Of a stretch of 64,000 nt of DNA, positions 1 through 9,333 are shown piece by piece. Both the position numbers and the translations under genes were made by a program. Each line of letters begins with the position of its first letter. Position 1 is the stretch's first letter. The stretch is from Minisyncoccota bacterium. Its GTDB lineage: Bacteria > Patescibacteriota > Minisyncoccia > Phycocordibacterales > UBA9973. The DNA lies in the NCBI GenBank assembly GCA_041660345.1, contig JBAZWP010000001.1:1-64000 (forward strand), given 5' to 3'. The notes beneath the pieces were generated by a model. The model ran no database searches. It was not told where the DNA came from and was given only the letters and a program-made list of their open reading frames with translations.

Positions 1-242
1 TGAAGAAAATGGAACAACTTATTAAATTGAGGATTATATGATTGAATATAATAATAGAAAGGAAGAAGGAACTATCACTTGTGATACTTGTGGTGAGTGT
101 GCTTATTTTGAAGGTAGCTTTCAAGATTGTATCGATGAAGCTAAAAGTGATGGATGGAGAATTTATATGGATGAATGTAATGAGTGGATGCACGAATGTC
201 CAGTATGTAATATATAACAATTTAAAATAAAGGGAAATTAAA

Positions 243-1115
243 ATGGCAAGAAAAAGTTTTGAGGAACGTGTTGCAAGTGCTGTAGCATCTTTTGTTAGTG
301 AGGAGATGGATGAAGTTGAAATTAGAGATGCTATTAGCGAGTCAGTTGACGTAAGCGAAATAATTAGAGAAGTTATAGAAGAAAATGAAATAAATGAATC
401 ACTTAAAGATAAGGTAAGGGTTCTTGTTCGTAAACAAATTAAGGATATTAGTTCTTTAGGTGAGGTAATGGATGAGGATGAAGTAGCCGGGATTATAATG
501 GATGAAGACACTATAAAAGACATTATTAATGAAGATGATGATATTAAAGGTGCCGTTCATGCAAGAGTTAAAGAGTTAGTTGAGGGTTATATTGAGGATT
601 TGGATTCTGATTATATAAATGATAACGACATTGATGTAATGTCCCACTTCAATTCAGATGAAATACTAAAAGAGCTTTCGACTGACCCAGAATTAAAGGT
701 AGTATTTAAGAAAGAATTCAAGTCAATGTTTGAAAGTTATGTAGAGGATATGGATTCTGATAGTATATCAAGCGATGTATTTGGTGATATAGTTGATAAG
801 GTATTAGAATCAATGCTAGAAAATAAGGATGAAGCTGAATTGCTTTATAAAGATTTAAGCGAATCAGTACGTAACGCTATTGTCAGCATAATTTCTGATA
901 ATTCAGATAATACGTTTGATGATATTGAGGATAATCCAAAAGTTAAAGAAATAATTCAAAAGACATTGGATGAAGTATTATCAGATCAGCTTTCACCTAA
1001 TATGGTTAAGTTGCTCAAGAAGAGACTATCTGAAGAAAGCGCTGTCGCTGATAAGATGTTTAAGCTTCTTTTGACTAAGTTCGTAGATATTATGGCAGAG
1101 AAGATGTTAAAGTAA
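243..1115 (+). CDS. highly acidic (D/E-rich) hypothetical protein, possibly scaffold or internal virion protein
   Basis: 290-aa ORF with SD-like site upstream (aaagggaaattaaaATG); low-complexity acidic composition; no catalytic motif. Confidence 0.5.
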   Translation: MARKSFEERVASAVASFVSEEMDEVEIRDAISESVDVSEIIREVIEENEINESLKDKVRVLVRKQIKDISSLGEVMDEDEVAGIIMDEDTIKDIINEDDDIKGAVHARVKELVEGYIEDLDSDYINDNDIDVMSHFNSDEILKELSTDPELKVVFKKEFKSMFESYVEDMDSDSISSDVFGDIVDKVLESMLENKDEAELLYKDLSESVRNAIVSIISDNSDNTFDDIEDNPKVKEIIQKTLDEVLSDQLSPNMVKLLKKRLSEESAVADKMFKLLLTKFVDIMAEKMLK

Positions 1116-1116
1116 A

Positions 1117-1833
1117 ATGAATAAGATAATATTTATAGGGACGCATGGTGTAGGTAAGACCACCTTGTTGGAGGATGTAAGGTCACATATAAATACTCTT
1201 GCTAAGTTTAATATCAATAATTTAAAAGATAAAATAGTATTTATAACTGAAACACCTCGAGAGTGGCAAAAGCTTAATAAGGTAAATTGGAGAGAAATGG
1301 ATTCAGAAGACTATATGTGTTTTCAACGAGCAGTCTTTTCATATTACCACTGGGCTTTGGGGCTTAATAACAATATAATATCAGATAGAGGTCTACCTGA
1401 TATTGTAGCCTACACCATGCACTTTATAAATAAGACTTATTATAAAAATGCATTACCATTAGATGATTTAGTACATTGTGCTACATTTGATGAAGACTTA
1501 AATAGAATGATTGGGTCTTTATACGATAGTGAAAAGTACGATGTAATAAATGGTAATTTATATGAAAAAAAGAAAACTGGTGCTGAAGTAGTTCATCTTG
1601 GTGATGTAATACCCCGACCTAAACTAGAACCACCACCTTCAACAAGACCTAAACATAATAAAACCTTTTATTTCTATAAAGGTAAATTAGACGATTTAAA
1701 GGATGATCAAATAATAATTCAAGATATTTTAGAATATTTGTTGTATAAATACAAGATAGTACATAAGGTAATATATAGAAGTGACTATAACGATATTAAG
1801 AATGAGATTTTACAAAGTGTAGATAAGTGGTAA
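1117..1833 (+). CDS. P-loop NTPase / kinase-like protein
   Basis: N-terminal Walker A motif IGTHGVGKTT; start overlaps the stop of the upstream gene. Confidence 0.55.
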   Translation: MNKIIFIGTHGVGKTTLLEDVRSHINTLAKFNINNLKDKIVFITETPREWQKLNKVNWREMDSEDYMCFQRAVFSYYHWALGLNNNIISDRGLPDIVAYTMHFINKTYYKNALPLDDLVHCATFDEDLNRMIGSLYDSEKYDVINGNLYEKKKTGAEVVHLGDVIPRPKLEPPPSTRPKHNKTFYFYKGKLDDLKDDQIIIQDILEYLLYKYKIVHKVIYRSDYNDIKNEILQSVDKW

Positions 1834-2066
1834 TGAATGTAAGAAAAATAAAGTGTACCCAATGTGGTAGTGCAAAAAAAGAATTATTTTTAAATAGTTA
1901 TAATATTGATAAATTATTTCATTGTCTTAAATGCTCGAATATTTATAAAGTGCATAATAAAAAGTACTTTGATTTTTGCAGTATGCCTATTATATGGGGA
2001 AGTCATTTAATAACAAGTAAATTGGATTTAAAAAGTGGTAAATTTAAGGAGATAAATGAAAGTTAA
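1827..2066 (+). CDS. zinc-ribbon small protein
   Basis: Two CxxC pairs (CTQCGS, CLKCSN); start overlaps the upstream gene. Confidence 0.35.
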   Translation: MVMNVRKIKCTQCGSAKKELFLNSYNIDKLFHCLKCSNIYKVHNKKYFDFCSMPIIWGSHLITSKLDLKSGKFKEINES

Positions 2067-2146
2067 AAATAAGGGTAAATATACGAGTTAAGAGTTTCCT
2101 TATATCACAATGCAATCATTGTCAAAAAAAGAAAAAGCGTAAATAA

Positions 2147-2716
2147 GTGGTAAAATATTTGATGGAAAAATTTATTAAGATTCTTTCAAAAAGAAAAGGT
2201 ATAGTTCCTATTGTTGATTTAGGCATTTATTTGAAAGACTCGCATATTTTACCAGCCTCGAGAGCTTTAAAATCAGAATCGTTAAAAGAATTAGTTGCAA
2301 AAGGTGATGTACTCATATATGATAAGGAAACATATAAGCAACTTTCAATTGAAGACTTTAAGTTGCCTATTATTAAAGATAAAGATGTAGTTATAACAAC
2401 ACCACAAGTAAAACCAGAGACAGCTGTTGTATCAAATGATAACCAAATAATTGAAATGTTAAAGACGATGCAAGGCGATATAAATACTTTAAAGAATAAA
2501 CCTTCTGAAAAAGTGTATATAGAATCTGAAAATAGATTACAATATGATAAGAGAGAGTTTTCAGATATTAAAGATGAAATATTTATAGGTAGTAATAACG
2601 ATAAGTTTGAGTCTAATATAAATGAAGTTGTATTACCTGTTAAGCAAGAAGATTCAGGAAATATTAATGATGTTTTAAAAGCTTTAAAGAAAATAAGAAA
2701 TGACAATAATAGTTAA
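2147..2716 (+). CDS. hypothetical protein
   Basis: 189-aa ORF co-directional with neighbours. Confidence 0.4.
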   Translation: MVKYLMEKFIKILSKRKGIVPIVDLGIYLKDSHILPASRALKSESLKELVAKGDVLIYDKETYKQLSIEDFKLPIIKDKDVVITTPQVKPETAVVSNDNQIIEMLKTMQGDINTLKNKPSEKVYIESENRLQYDKREFSDIKDEIFIGSNNDKFESNINEVVLPVKQEDSGNINDVLKALKKIRNDNNS

Positions 2717-2792
2717 TACAAATAGTAATTTAGGTAGGGCTGATAAAAAAGAAGTTAAACAAAATATAGATATAAAGAAGAAGGAAAAAATT

Positions 2793-3785
2793 ATGGCAAT
2801 TGCAAAAGGTTTAGGTTTGGATGTTGGTACTTCAAATACCGTTTTAGCTAAACTCGAAGGTGAACAAATTAATTATACTACAATTCGTACAGCATTCCTT
2901 GATATTGAGGATATGCCTATGTTTAAGAACATGCTTAATCGACAGAAGATACCTTTCATGGTGCATAATAAGAAGCTTTATATCATAGGTGAAAGTGCAA
3001 TTGAAACAGCTGGTGCATACTCAAAAGAAGTAAAGCGCCCAATGAAGAAGGGTATTTTAGTTGCTAAGGACCAAGAGTCAGTTATGATTATGCGTCACCT
3101 TATCGAAACAATAGTTGGTAAAGGTAATGGTGAAAAGATTTGTTATTCGTCACCTGAAATTCCTTTAGATGAACCTGACTTCGATACACTTTACCATAAA
3201 GAACTTATTGGTAAGATTTTAAAGGATTTAGGTTATATACCAATGTCAATTAATGAGTCTCACGCACTATCATATAGTGAACTTGTTAAATATAATTTTA
3301 CAGGTTTGAATATATCTTTTGGTGCTGGTATGACTAACGCTGTATTAACAATCAACGGTGTTCCTGTTGTCACTATCTCAGTTGCTAAAGGTGGTGATTA
3401 CATTGACCGTATGACATCTAAGATGCAGGGTATTACTGAAACTATTGTACAGATAAGAAAAGAAACTGGTGTTGATTTAACAGCGCCAAAGGATAACTTT
3501 GAACAGGCACTTGTTTTTTATTACAAAAACCTGATTAGATTTGTTATCGAGAAGTTTATTGAGAGGTTTAATGCATCAAGTAATATCTTTATTAAGAAGC
3601 CTATCCCAGTTGTTATAGCTGGGGGTACTTCTAAGGCTGTTAACTTTAATAAGATATTTACAGAAACATTAAACGAATTAGGTAAACTTCCATTTGAAAT
3701 TGAAACTATTATTATGGCAAGTGACCCAATTAATACCATAGCAAAAGGTTTACTATTTGCTGCAGCTGAATCTGAAACTAAATAA
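2793..3785 (+). CDS. actin-like ATPase (ParM/Alp/StbA family)
   Basis: GLDVGTSNTV phosphate-1 motif near the N-terminus and AGGTSK-type phosphate-2 motif near the C-terminus; start set at ATG 2793 behind aagaaGGAaaaaatt rather than the track's 2700. Confidence 0.6.
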   Translation: MAIAKGLGLDVGTSNTVLAKLEGEQINYTTIRTAFLDIEDMPMFKNMLNRQKIPFMVHNKKLYIIGESAIETAGAYSKEVKRPMKKGILVAKDQESVMIMRHLIETIVGKGNGEKICYSSPEIPLDEPDFDTLYHKELIGKILKDLGYIPMSINESHALSYSELVKYNFTGLNISFGAGMTNAVLTINGVPVVTISVAKGGDYIDRMTSKMQGITETIVQIRKETGVDLTAPKDNFEQALVFYYKNLIRFVIEKFIERFNASSNIFIKKPIPVVIAGGTSKAVNFNKIFTETLNELGKLPFEIETIIMASDPINTIAKGLLFAAAESETK

Positions 3786-3797
3786 AAAGGATAGTAT

Positions 3798-3998
3798 ATG
3801 AAAAAGATAACGTTTAAAAATTTTGAGAGTGATACTAGACTTATTGTAAAAAAAGTTAAAGAAAATGAAAGCGTTTTCCCATGTGAGGTTAGTTTTATAA
3901 TAAAAGATCATAAAGATTTAACAAGTGTTATTTTAGATAAAAACGAAGTAAAGAATCTTGTTGAATTTTTAAAAAGTGCTTTAAATGAAAAAAGATAA
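3798..3998 (+). CDS. hypothetical small protein
   Basis: ORF with SD (aaaaGGAtagtatATG). Confidence 0.3.
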   Translation: MKKITFKNFESDTRLIVKKVKENESVFPCEVSFIIKDHKDLTSVILDKNEVKNLVEFLKSALNEKR

Positions 3999-4290
3999 AC
4001 CAATCAGTTTTACAAAGCATATTGAAAATGCAACTAAGATATTTAACACTTGGCCTAAGTGGAAACAAGATGTATATACTTTAAAGATAAATAGATTGGA
4101 TAATAAAATAAAATTTAATCATAATAAGGATGAACTTCTTGTTGAAACAATTGTAGGTATACCTAACGATGCATTCTTTCCAAATATTAGGCTTAACCTT
4201 AATGGTAAAGAATTTACATTAGATATTGATGAAGCTAAAAAGCTTAAAAAATACTTAAAAGGGTTTATTGATGGAAATAGTTTTAAATGA
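3985..4290 (+). CDS. hypothetical protein
   Basis: ORF overlapping neighbours by a few nt in operon-like packing. Confidence 0.3.
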   Translation: MKKDKPISFTKHIENATKIFNTWPKWKQDVYTLKINRLDNKIKFNHNKDELLVETIVGIPNDAFFPNIRLNLNGKEFTLDIDEAKKLKKYLKGFIDGNSFK

Positions 4291-4492
4291 GAATTACTTA
4301 GGAGATATTATAAATGGTACGTGTTTTAAATTAATAGATCATGGAAGTGTATCCAATGATACTTATATTAATACAAACCATATTAAGGATGCTTTAAAAG
4401 GGGTTGTTTGTTTAAACACAGGTGAATTTTTAGAATTAGATGTAGATACACTTGTTCTTATAGTTGATGCTAAGGTTATTTACGGTAAGTAG
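4268..4492 (+). CDS. hypothetical small protein
   Basis: ORF in track, co-directional. Confidence 0.3.
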   Translation: MMEIVLNENYLGDIINGTCFKLIDHGSVSNDTYINTNHIKDALKGVVCLNTGEFLELDVDTLVLIVDAKVIYGK

Positions 4493-5163
4493 TGGAAATA
4501 AAAACTTTTCAAAATTACCTTGATAAATGTGTAATTCCTCCTCTTGATGTACAGAATTACCTTGCAAAAAGAGGTGTTGATTATAATTTATGGGGAATTA
4601 AGTATTCAGACGGTGTTCAACATAGTAATGGTATGCCTTTTGATTGCTTCAGCCCTGATAAAATTGACAAGTTTAAGGATTACATACTAGTTCCTTTAAT
4701 AGATGAGTACGGTGGCACTGTGGGCATCCTGGGGCGCAATTGTACACAAGATGACCGCTCTAAATACAACCTATCAGTATATCGACCTATATTTAAGAGG
4801 GGTTATGTCTATGGTATCGATAGATTAATACCACATTTAATTAAAGGATATCGACCCCCAATTTGTATAACTGAAGGTTGGTTTGATTATGTTGCGTTAA
4901 GTCGTGTTTTCCCTACCGTGTGTACTCTAACAGTTAACTTATCTGAAAGACAGCTAGCTGTATTAAAGAGATATTTCACTAAATTTATAATTGCATTTGA
5001 TAATGATAAATATGGTAAAGACCACGAACCATTAAAAAAATTAAAAACAAATTTCACATATATTTACCCACCATCTAAGTATAAAGATTGGTCTGAATAT
5101 TATGAAAAGACAGATCCTAAATCATTTGATATTAGTACACTAAAAATATTAGGAGTAAAATGA
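4492..5163 (+). CDS. TOPRIM-domain protein (primase-like)
   Basis: ICITEGWFDYVAL (conserved Glu) followed by IIAFDNDKYG (DxD) matches the TOPRIM signature. Confidence 0.4.
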   Translation: MEIKTFQNYLDKCVIPPLDVQNYLAKRGVDYNLWGIKYSDGVQHSNGMPFDCFSPDKIDKFKDYILVPLIDEYGGTVGILGRNCTQDDRSKYNLSVYRPIFKRGYVYGIDRLIPHLIKGYRPPICITEGWFDYVALSRVFPTVCTLTVNLSERQLAVLKRYFTKFIIAFDNDKYGKDHEPLKKLKTNFTYIYPPSKYKDWSEYYEKTDPKSFDISTLKILGVK

Positions 5164-5546
5164 GAAGTATTAAAGAAATAGTATCTGAAATCATAGGAGA
5201 AGATCAAGTGACTAAAAATGATATTGTATCAATGTTATATGCTGAAGGAGTTTATAATATTAAAGTTGTGGAAGGTAATGATGTGGTATTAATATATACT
5301 GATAACACTGAAAAAGCTGAGCAAATCAGGTGTAACTTAGACATAATTACTAGATACGAGTTTAAAAATATAAACGAGTTAATATCAGAAGATGATATTA
5401 AAAGACGTTTAAATAAGTGTAGTATCTGTGTATATAACCCTAGATGTCAGGGTGGTACAAGTTATATTTGTATGCATTCTAAAGTTAATGAAGATATGAG
5501 GTATAGGGATACCATATATTGTGAATATGTTGATAATGCTGATTAA
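5160..5546 (+). CDS. hypothetical Cys-containing protein
   Basis: ORF with ATGA overlap to upstream gene; C-terminal CSICV...CQGG...CMH cluster. Confidence 0.35.
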   Translation: MRSIKEIVSEIIGEDQVTKNDIVSMLYAEGVYNIKVVEGNDVVLIYTDNTEKAEQIRCNLDIITRYEFKNINELISEDDIKRRLNKCSICVYNPRCQGGTSYICMHSKVNEDMRYRDTIYCEYVDNAD

Positions 5547-5554
5547 GAGGAATT

Positions 5555-5794
5555 ATGAATATACAATGTGAAGATTGTGGTAGTGAAGTTTTTGTTCATT
5601 TAAAAATGTATGCTAAAAAAGATGCGATATATTTAATTAATGAACCAGATAAATATTTTATAGAGCGTATGCCTATTAGAGAAATTAAATGTACTGGCTG
5701 TGGACGTGTATATAAAGATATGCCGGCTGTAGCTGTTGCATATTTTGATTTCCCAGGAATATTTACTTTAAAGGATTATGATGAAACAAATTAG
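5555..5794 (+). CDS. zinc-ribbon small protein
   Basis: CEDCGS...CTGCGR pair of CxxC motifs; SD gaGGAattATG. Confidence 0.35.
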   Translation: MNIQCEDCGSEVFVHLKMYAKKDAIYLINEPDKYFIERMPIREIKCTGCGRVYKDMPAVAVAYFDFPGIFTLKDYDETN

Positions 5795-6602
5795 TACATT
5801 ATCTCATTCTGTATCTGTTATATCAGCACGTGATGTTTCTGATATTACTTTCTTTGATGTTTTATATACACCATCAATTTATCAACAGTTGTTACTTGAA
5901 AATAAAATAGATAAATCAATTAATCCAAAGGAAACTGTAAGGAAATATTTTATCAATAATCCTAATAACTATATCTATTTGATGAATAAAGATGGTGATT
6001 TGGTTATAGGGTATTCTGATAACAATAAGTATTTAAAACATATTAATTTCCTAAAACATATATTAGCTTATTTTGAGAAATTTAATCTTAATTTTAAATA
6101 CGAAATTCACTCTAAAAATTTTAGACATACATTAAGAATATTATCCCCATCGTTTATATTTGATTTCATATTAGATTTAGATGGGCTTAAAATTATACCT
6201 GTTTACATTAAACAAATAGAAGGCTCAGAAATATATATCCAATTATATACTTTTAATTTTAATGAATATGTCGAAGAATATTATGAAACATACGCTTTCC
6301 TAATGATGTGCGAGCGTGAGCGACTAATTAAGCGCTTTGAAAAAGACTTAAAGTTAATTAATAGACGCAGCGAATTAACATTTAATGACTTTGTAGATGT
6401 ATCAAGGTGCTCTAATAATTTTACTGAAATTATTAAGAATGATCCAAGGGTTAATGAATTTAAAGAACAATCAAGTATGATACTATATTTCTTAAGTAGA
6501 TTTGGTGATATGTATTTAAATACACTTGATAAGTACGAAACAAATATTTTGGTGTATAATATATTTAAGTTTATTAGGAATACTGAGGTTAAGAATGATT
6601 GA
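5778..6602 (+). CDS. hypothetical protein
   Basis: 274-aa ORF. Confidence 0.4.
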   Translation: MMKQISTLSHSVSVISARDVSDITFFDVLYTPSIYQQLLLENKIDKSINPKETVRKYFINNPNNYIYLMNKDGDLVIGYSDNNKYLKHINFLKHILAYFEKFNLNFKYEIHSKNFRHTLRILSPSFIFDFILDLDGLKIIPVYIKQIEGSEIYIQLYTFNFNEYVEEYYETYAFLMMCERERLIKRFEKDLKLINRRSELTFNDFVDVSRCSNNFTEIIKNDPRVNEFKEQSSMILYFLSRFGDMYLNTLDKYETNILVYNIFKFIRNTEVKND

Positions 6603-7041
6603 TTCATACGAGGTATTATGCGTATTAAAATCGATTTTATACTTTTTAGAAGAAGCTGATGCGGTATATCAATTAGAAATATATGGTAGTGTATTAAAAC
6701 AAATTAATGATTTAATATTAAAAGCAGAATTAGATTTAAAAAAAGGTGATAAAATGATAATTGGTAAAAGTTATGTCGAAGAAAACTGTAATATGGGTAT
6801 AGAGTGTCCTAAATGTAAGTTTAATAATAATTGCTATTCTCAGGATGGTAATGAATTAGTAAGGTTACTCGAATCAGTTAAGCAAAGACTTGAAATGCTA
6901 GATGGTTTATTTGCTAAACATACACCTTCTGAAACAGATACAAGTGGTTTTATTTCAAACCATATGTGGATTAGTAATATAGATAAGTTTTTATATAAGT
7001 TAAAATTCGGTAAAGAAAAATTACTAGATAAAAAGGATTAA
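6595..7041 (+). CDS. hypothetical Cys-containing protein
   Basis: Track ORF 6526..7041 overlaps the upstream gene; internal ATG at 6595 (MIDSYEV) behind tGAGGttaaga is the likelier start; CPKCKFNNNC motif. Confidence 0.35.
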   Translation: MIDSYEVLCVLKSILYFLEEADAVYQLEIYGSVLKQINDLILKAELDLKKGDKMIIGKSYVEENCNMGIECPKCKFNNNCYSQDGNELVRLLESVKQRLEMLDGLFAKHTPSETDTSGFISNHMWISNIDKFLYKLKFGKEKLLDKKD

Positions 7042-7043
7042 AG

Positions 7044-7229
7044 ATGTTTCCAGTACCTAATTATATTTTGAAATGTTCTAATGAAAAATGTGATTTTGAA
7101 GAACATTATTGTATCGAATCTGAGATGGAAATCCCTTTAATACATAAATGTCCAAAATGTGGTTCTGATTTAGAAACAGCTAATACTACACCGCATATTA
7201 AATTTCCACACCCTTTTATAAAGCACTAA
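7044..7229 (+). CDS. zinc-ribbon small protein
   Basis: CSNEKCD...CPKCGS. Confidence 0.35.
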   Translation: MFPVPNYILKCSNEKCDFEEHYCIESEMEIPLIHKCPKCGSDLETANTTPHIKFPHPFIKH

Positions 7230-8140
7230 TGCCAAATAAAGTATATTTAGGAAATTCAACTCGTTTAAATAACTATTATGATTTAGAAAAGCAAGGCGCT
7301 AACTTTGTTTTTTTTAATGATTATGATAGTACTGAATTACTTGAAAACTTTAATTTTGAATCTTTTTTTAATAAAGCACAAAAATTCATAATAAGAAGTG
7401 ATATCCAGCACTTTAAAGATTTTATACTTAATGTTAGTAAGAATGATAATACATTTGTTTATTTAATAGATGGCGCTGATGCTAAGGATATGAAAAAAGC
7501 ATTAGGAGACGATCCATCTCTTAAGATTGAATTTGATATTGAATTTGTTAAAAATGTAGAGAAGGGTGAATTTAAGGGTTATATTGAGAAATACTTTAAA
7601 GATAATTACATCGAGTGTGACACTAGTATAATTGAATACTTATTAAATATTGTTGGTGATGACTTTGATTTCCTAAACGATATACTTAAAAAAACATCGT
7701 TTCTATACGCTAATACGCGATTAAAACAAGATAATTTGATAACATTAATTGGATTCGACTATAATTTAGACATATTTAAAATGGTTGATTACTTTTTTGA
7801 TGAAAAAGTGGGTGCTTTCATTTCATTTCTAAATTATATGAATCAAAGAAACGCTGATTTTAGTAAATTGTTTTATATACTTGCAAAGGAAATGAGGAAA
7901 GCTATCTTTGTTAATGAATTAGTGAAAGATAAATCATATACAAATGATGATATATATAAAATTACCGGTGTTTTCTCTAAAAAAGTTGATATGTACAATA
8001 AATTTTCAGAAAAATACTATAACCCATTATATAGTATACTAATCGATATGCCTCAATATGATATTATGTTCAAATATAAGAAACTAAGCTTATATTCCAT
8101 TATAGTTTCTATTACTTACCGCTTATTTTTTAATAAATAA
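7229..8140 (+). CDS. hypothetical protein
   Basis: 303-aa ORF; followed by a 9-bp stem-loop. Confidence 0.4.
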   Translation: MPNKVYLGNSTRLNNYYDLEKQGANFVFFNDYDSTELLENFNFESFFNKAQKFIIRSDIQHFKDFILNVSKNDNTFVYLIDGADAKDMKKALGDDPSLKIEFDIEFVKNVEKGEFKGYIEKYFKDNYIECDTSIIEYLLNIVGDDFDFLNDILKKTSFLYANTRLKQDNLITLIGFDYNLDIFKMVDYFFDEKVGAFISFLNYMNQRNADFSKLFYILAKEMRKAIFVNELVKDKSYTNDDIYKITGVFSKKVDMYNKFSEKYYNPLYSILIDMPQYDIMFKYKKLSLYSIIVSITYRLFFNK

Positions 8141-8147
8141 TTTCTAG

Positions 8148-8170
8148 ACATACCTATTATGTAGGTATGT
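8148..8170 (+). promoter_or_regulatory. 9-bp stem-loop overlapping the start codon of the 8167 gene
   Basis: acataccta-ttatg-taggtatgt; the ATG at 8167 lies in the 3' arm. Confidence 0.35.
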
Positions 8171-9270
8171 ATAATCATTTAAACAATGTAATTAGACAAA
8201 AGTTAATTATTTATTTAAAAGAGGCAATCCAAGAACATCCCCTTTTAAATACTACAGTTGTTTCCAATGTATTTCAACCTCAAGGACGCCCACCAACTCA
8301 GATTATTGTAACAGCATCGTCAGGTTCTGATTTCCGAGTATCTTTAGATGATTATCTTGGTAAATACAATGCTTTTTCAATAGTGGCTAAATGTGCTGGG
8401 TTCCCATCATCATCAATTGAATGGGTTGTTGACTTACCTTTATATACTGGTACTCGAGCTAATAGAGGTATATATTACTGTAGAGTAAACGAAACAGCAA
8501 CTGCATTTACACTTGATCCATTATATGAATTAGATGAATTAGTAGACGTACAATTTGACGGCACTAATTACTATGCTGATTTATCATCAACACCATATCA
8601 AGAAAAGGTATATGTTAGAAGTGATTATGGTAGTTTTACAAAAGATGTTGATTATACATTAAGTGGTCAAAGGATTGTTTTCGATCAATATGTTGAAGAT
8701 GAACAAATAAGGGTATTTTATAGATTCCCCGGTACTTTATTTGGTCCTTTTAATTTAGATAAAAATTATGCGTGTCGAGACGCATTACCTGGATTTGCTA
8801 TCGCATTTGGAGAACGACTTGTTCCTAATGATATGCAGGGTATTTTAATATCAGATATAAAGGAAGAAGTTGGTGAAATATTTGGTGGTAGGTATAATTT
8901 AGGTCTTAGTATATCTTTATACGCATTAGATGAAAAATTATTAGAGAAATTAGAAGATTTTGTTTCATCATGGTTATGGGAGAATCGAAGAAAACTTGAA
9001 GATGATAATATTATAATATCTAAACAGTCAAATAGTGACCAATCTAATGAAAAAGAAATTGAAATAGCTAATATACCGACATTTAAAGGTGGTTATAGCC
9101 TTGATATTATAACCGAATGGAAGTTTTTCTCACCTTATATATTTAGAGTACTCGATATTGAATCAGTATTCTATCCAACTGTTGATTTAGATAGACCAAC
9201 AGATTCATATAGTTATTCACCTTATGAAGATAGACCTTTAGTTGATTTAAGTGAATTTGAATCGAGCTAA
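8167..9270 (+). CDS. hypothetical protein, possibly virion-associated
   Basis: 367-aa ORF immediately upstream of the large structural-type protein; start codon lies in the stem of a hairpin. Confidence 0.4.
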   Translation: MYNHLNNVIRQKLIIYLKEAIQEHPLLNTTVVSNVFQPQGRPPTQIIVTASSGSDFRVSLDDYLGKYNAFSIVAKCAGFPSSSIEWVVDLPLYTGTRANRGIYYCRVNETATAFTLDPLYELDELVDVQFDGTNYYADLSSTPYQEKVYVRSDYGSFTKDVDYTLSGQRIVFDQYVEDEQIRVFYRFPGTLFGPFNLDKNYACRDALPGFAIAFGERLVPNDMQGILISDIKEEVGEIFGGRYNLGLSISLYALDEKLLEKLEDFVSSWLWENRRKLEDDNIIISKQSNSDQSNEKEIEIANIPTFKGGYSLDIITEWKFFSPYIFRVLDIESVFYPTVDLDRPTDSYSYSPYEDRPLVDLSEFESS

Positions 9271-9333
9271 TAATATTTATTTTCTAAGATTTTAATGTTA
9301 AAGGATATTACTTACGAATTTTAGGAGGCTAAA

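Noticed and set aside
2227-2706. 159-aa minus-strand ORF
   Set aside because: Lies entirely antisense inside the plus-strand 2147..2716 ORF; low-complexity S/L/F-rich translation typical of AT-rich antisense frames.
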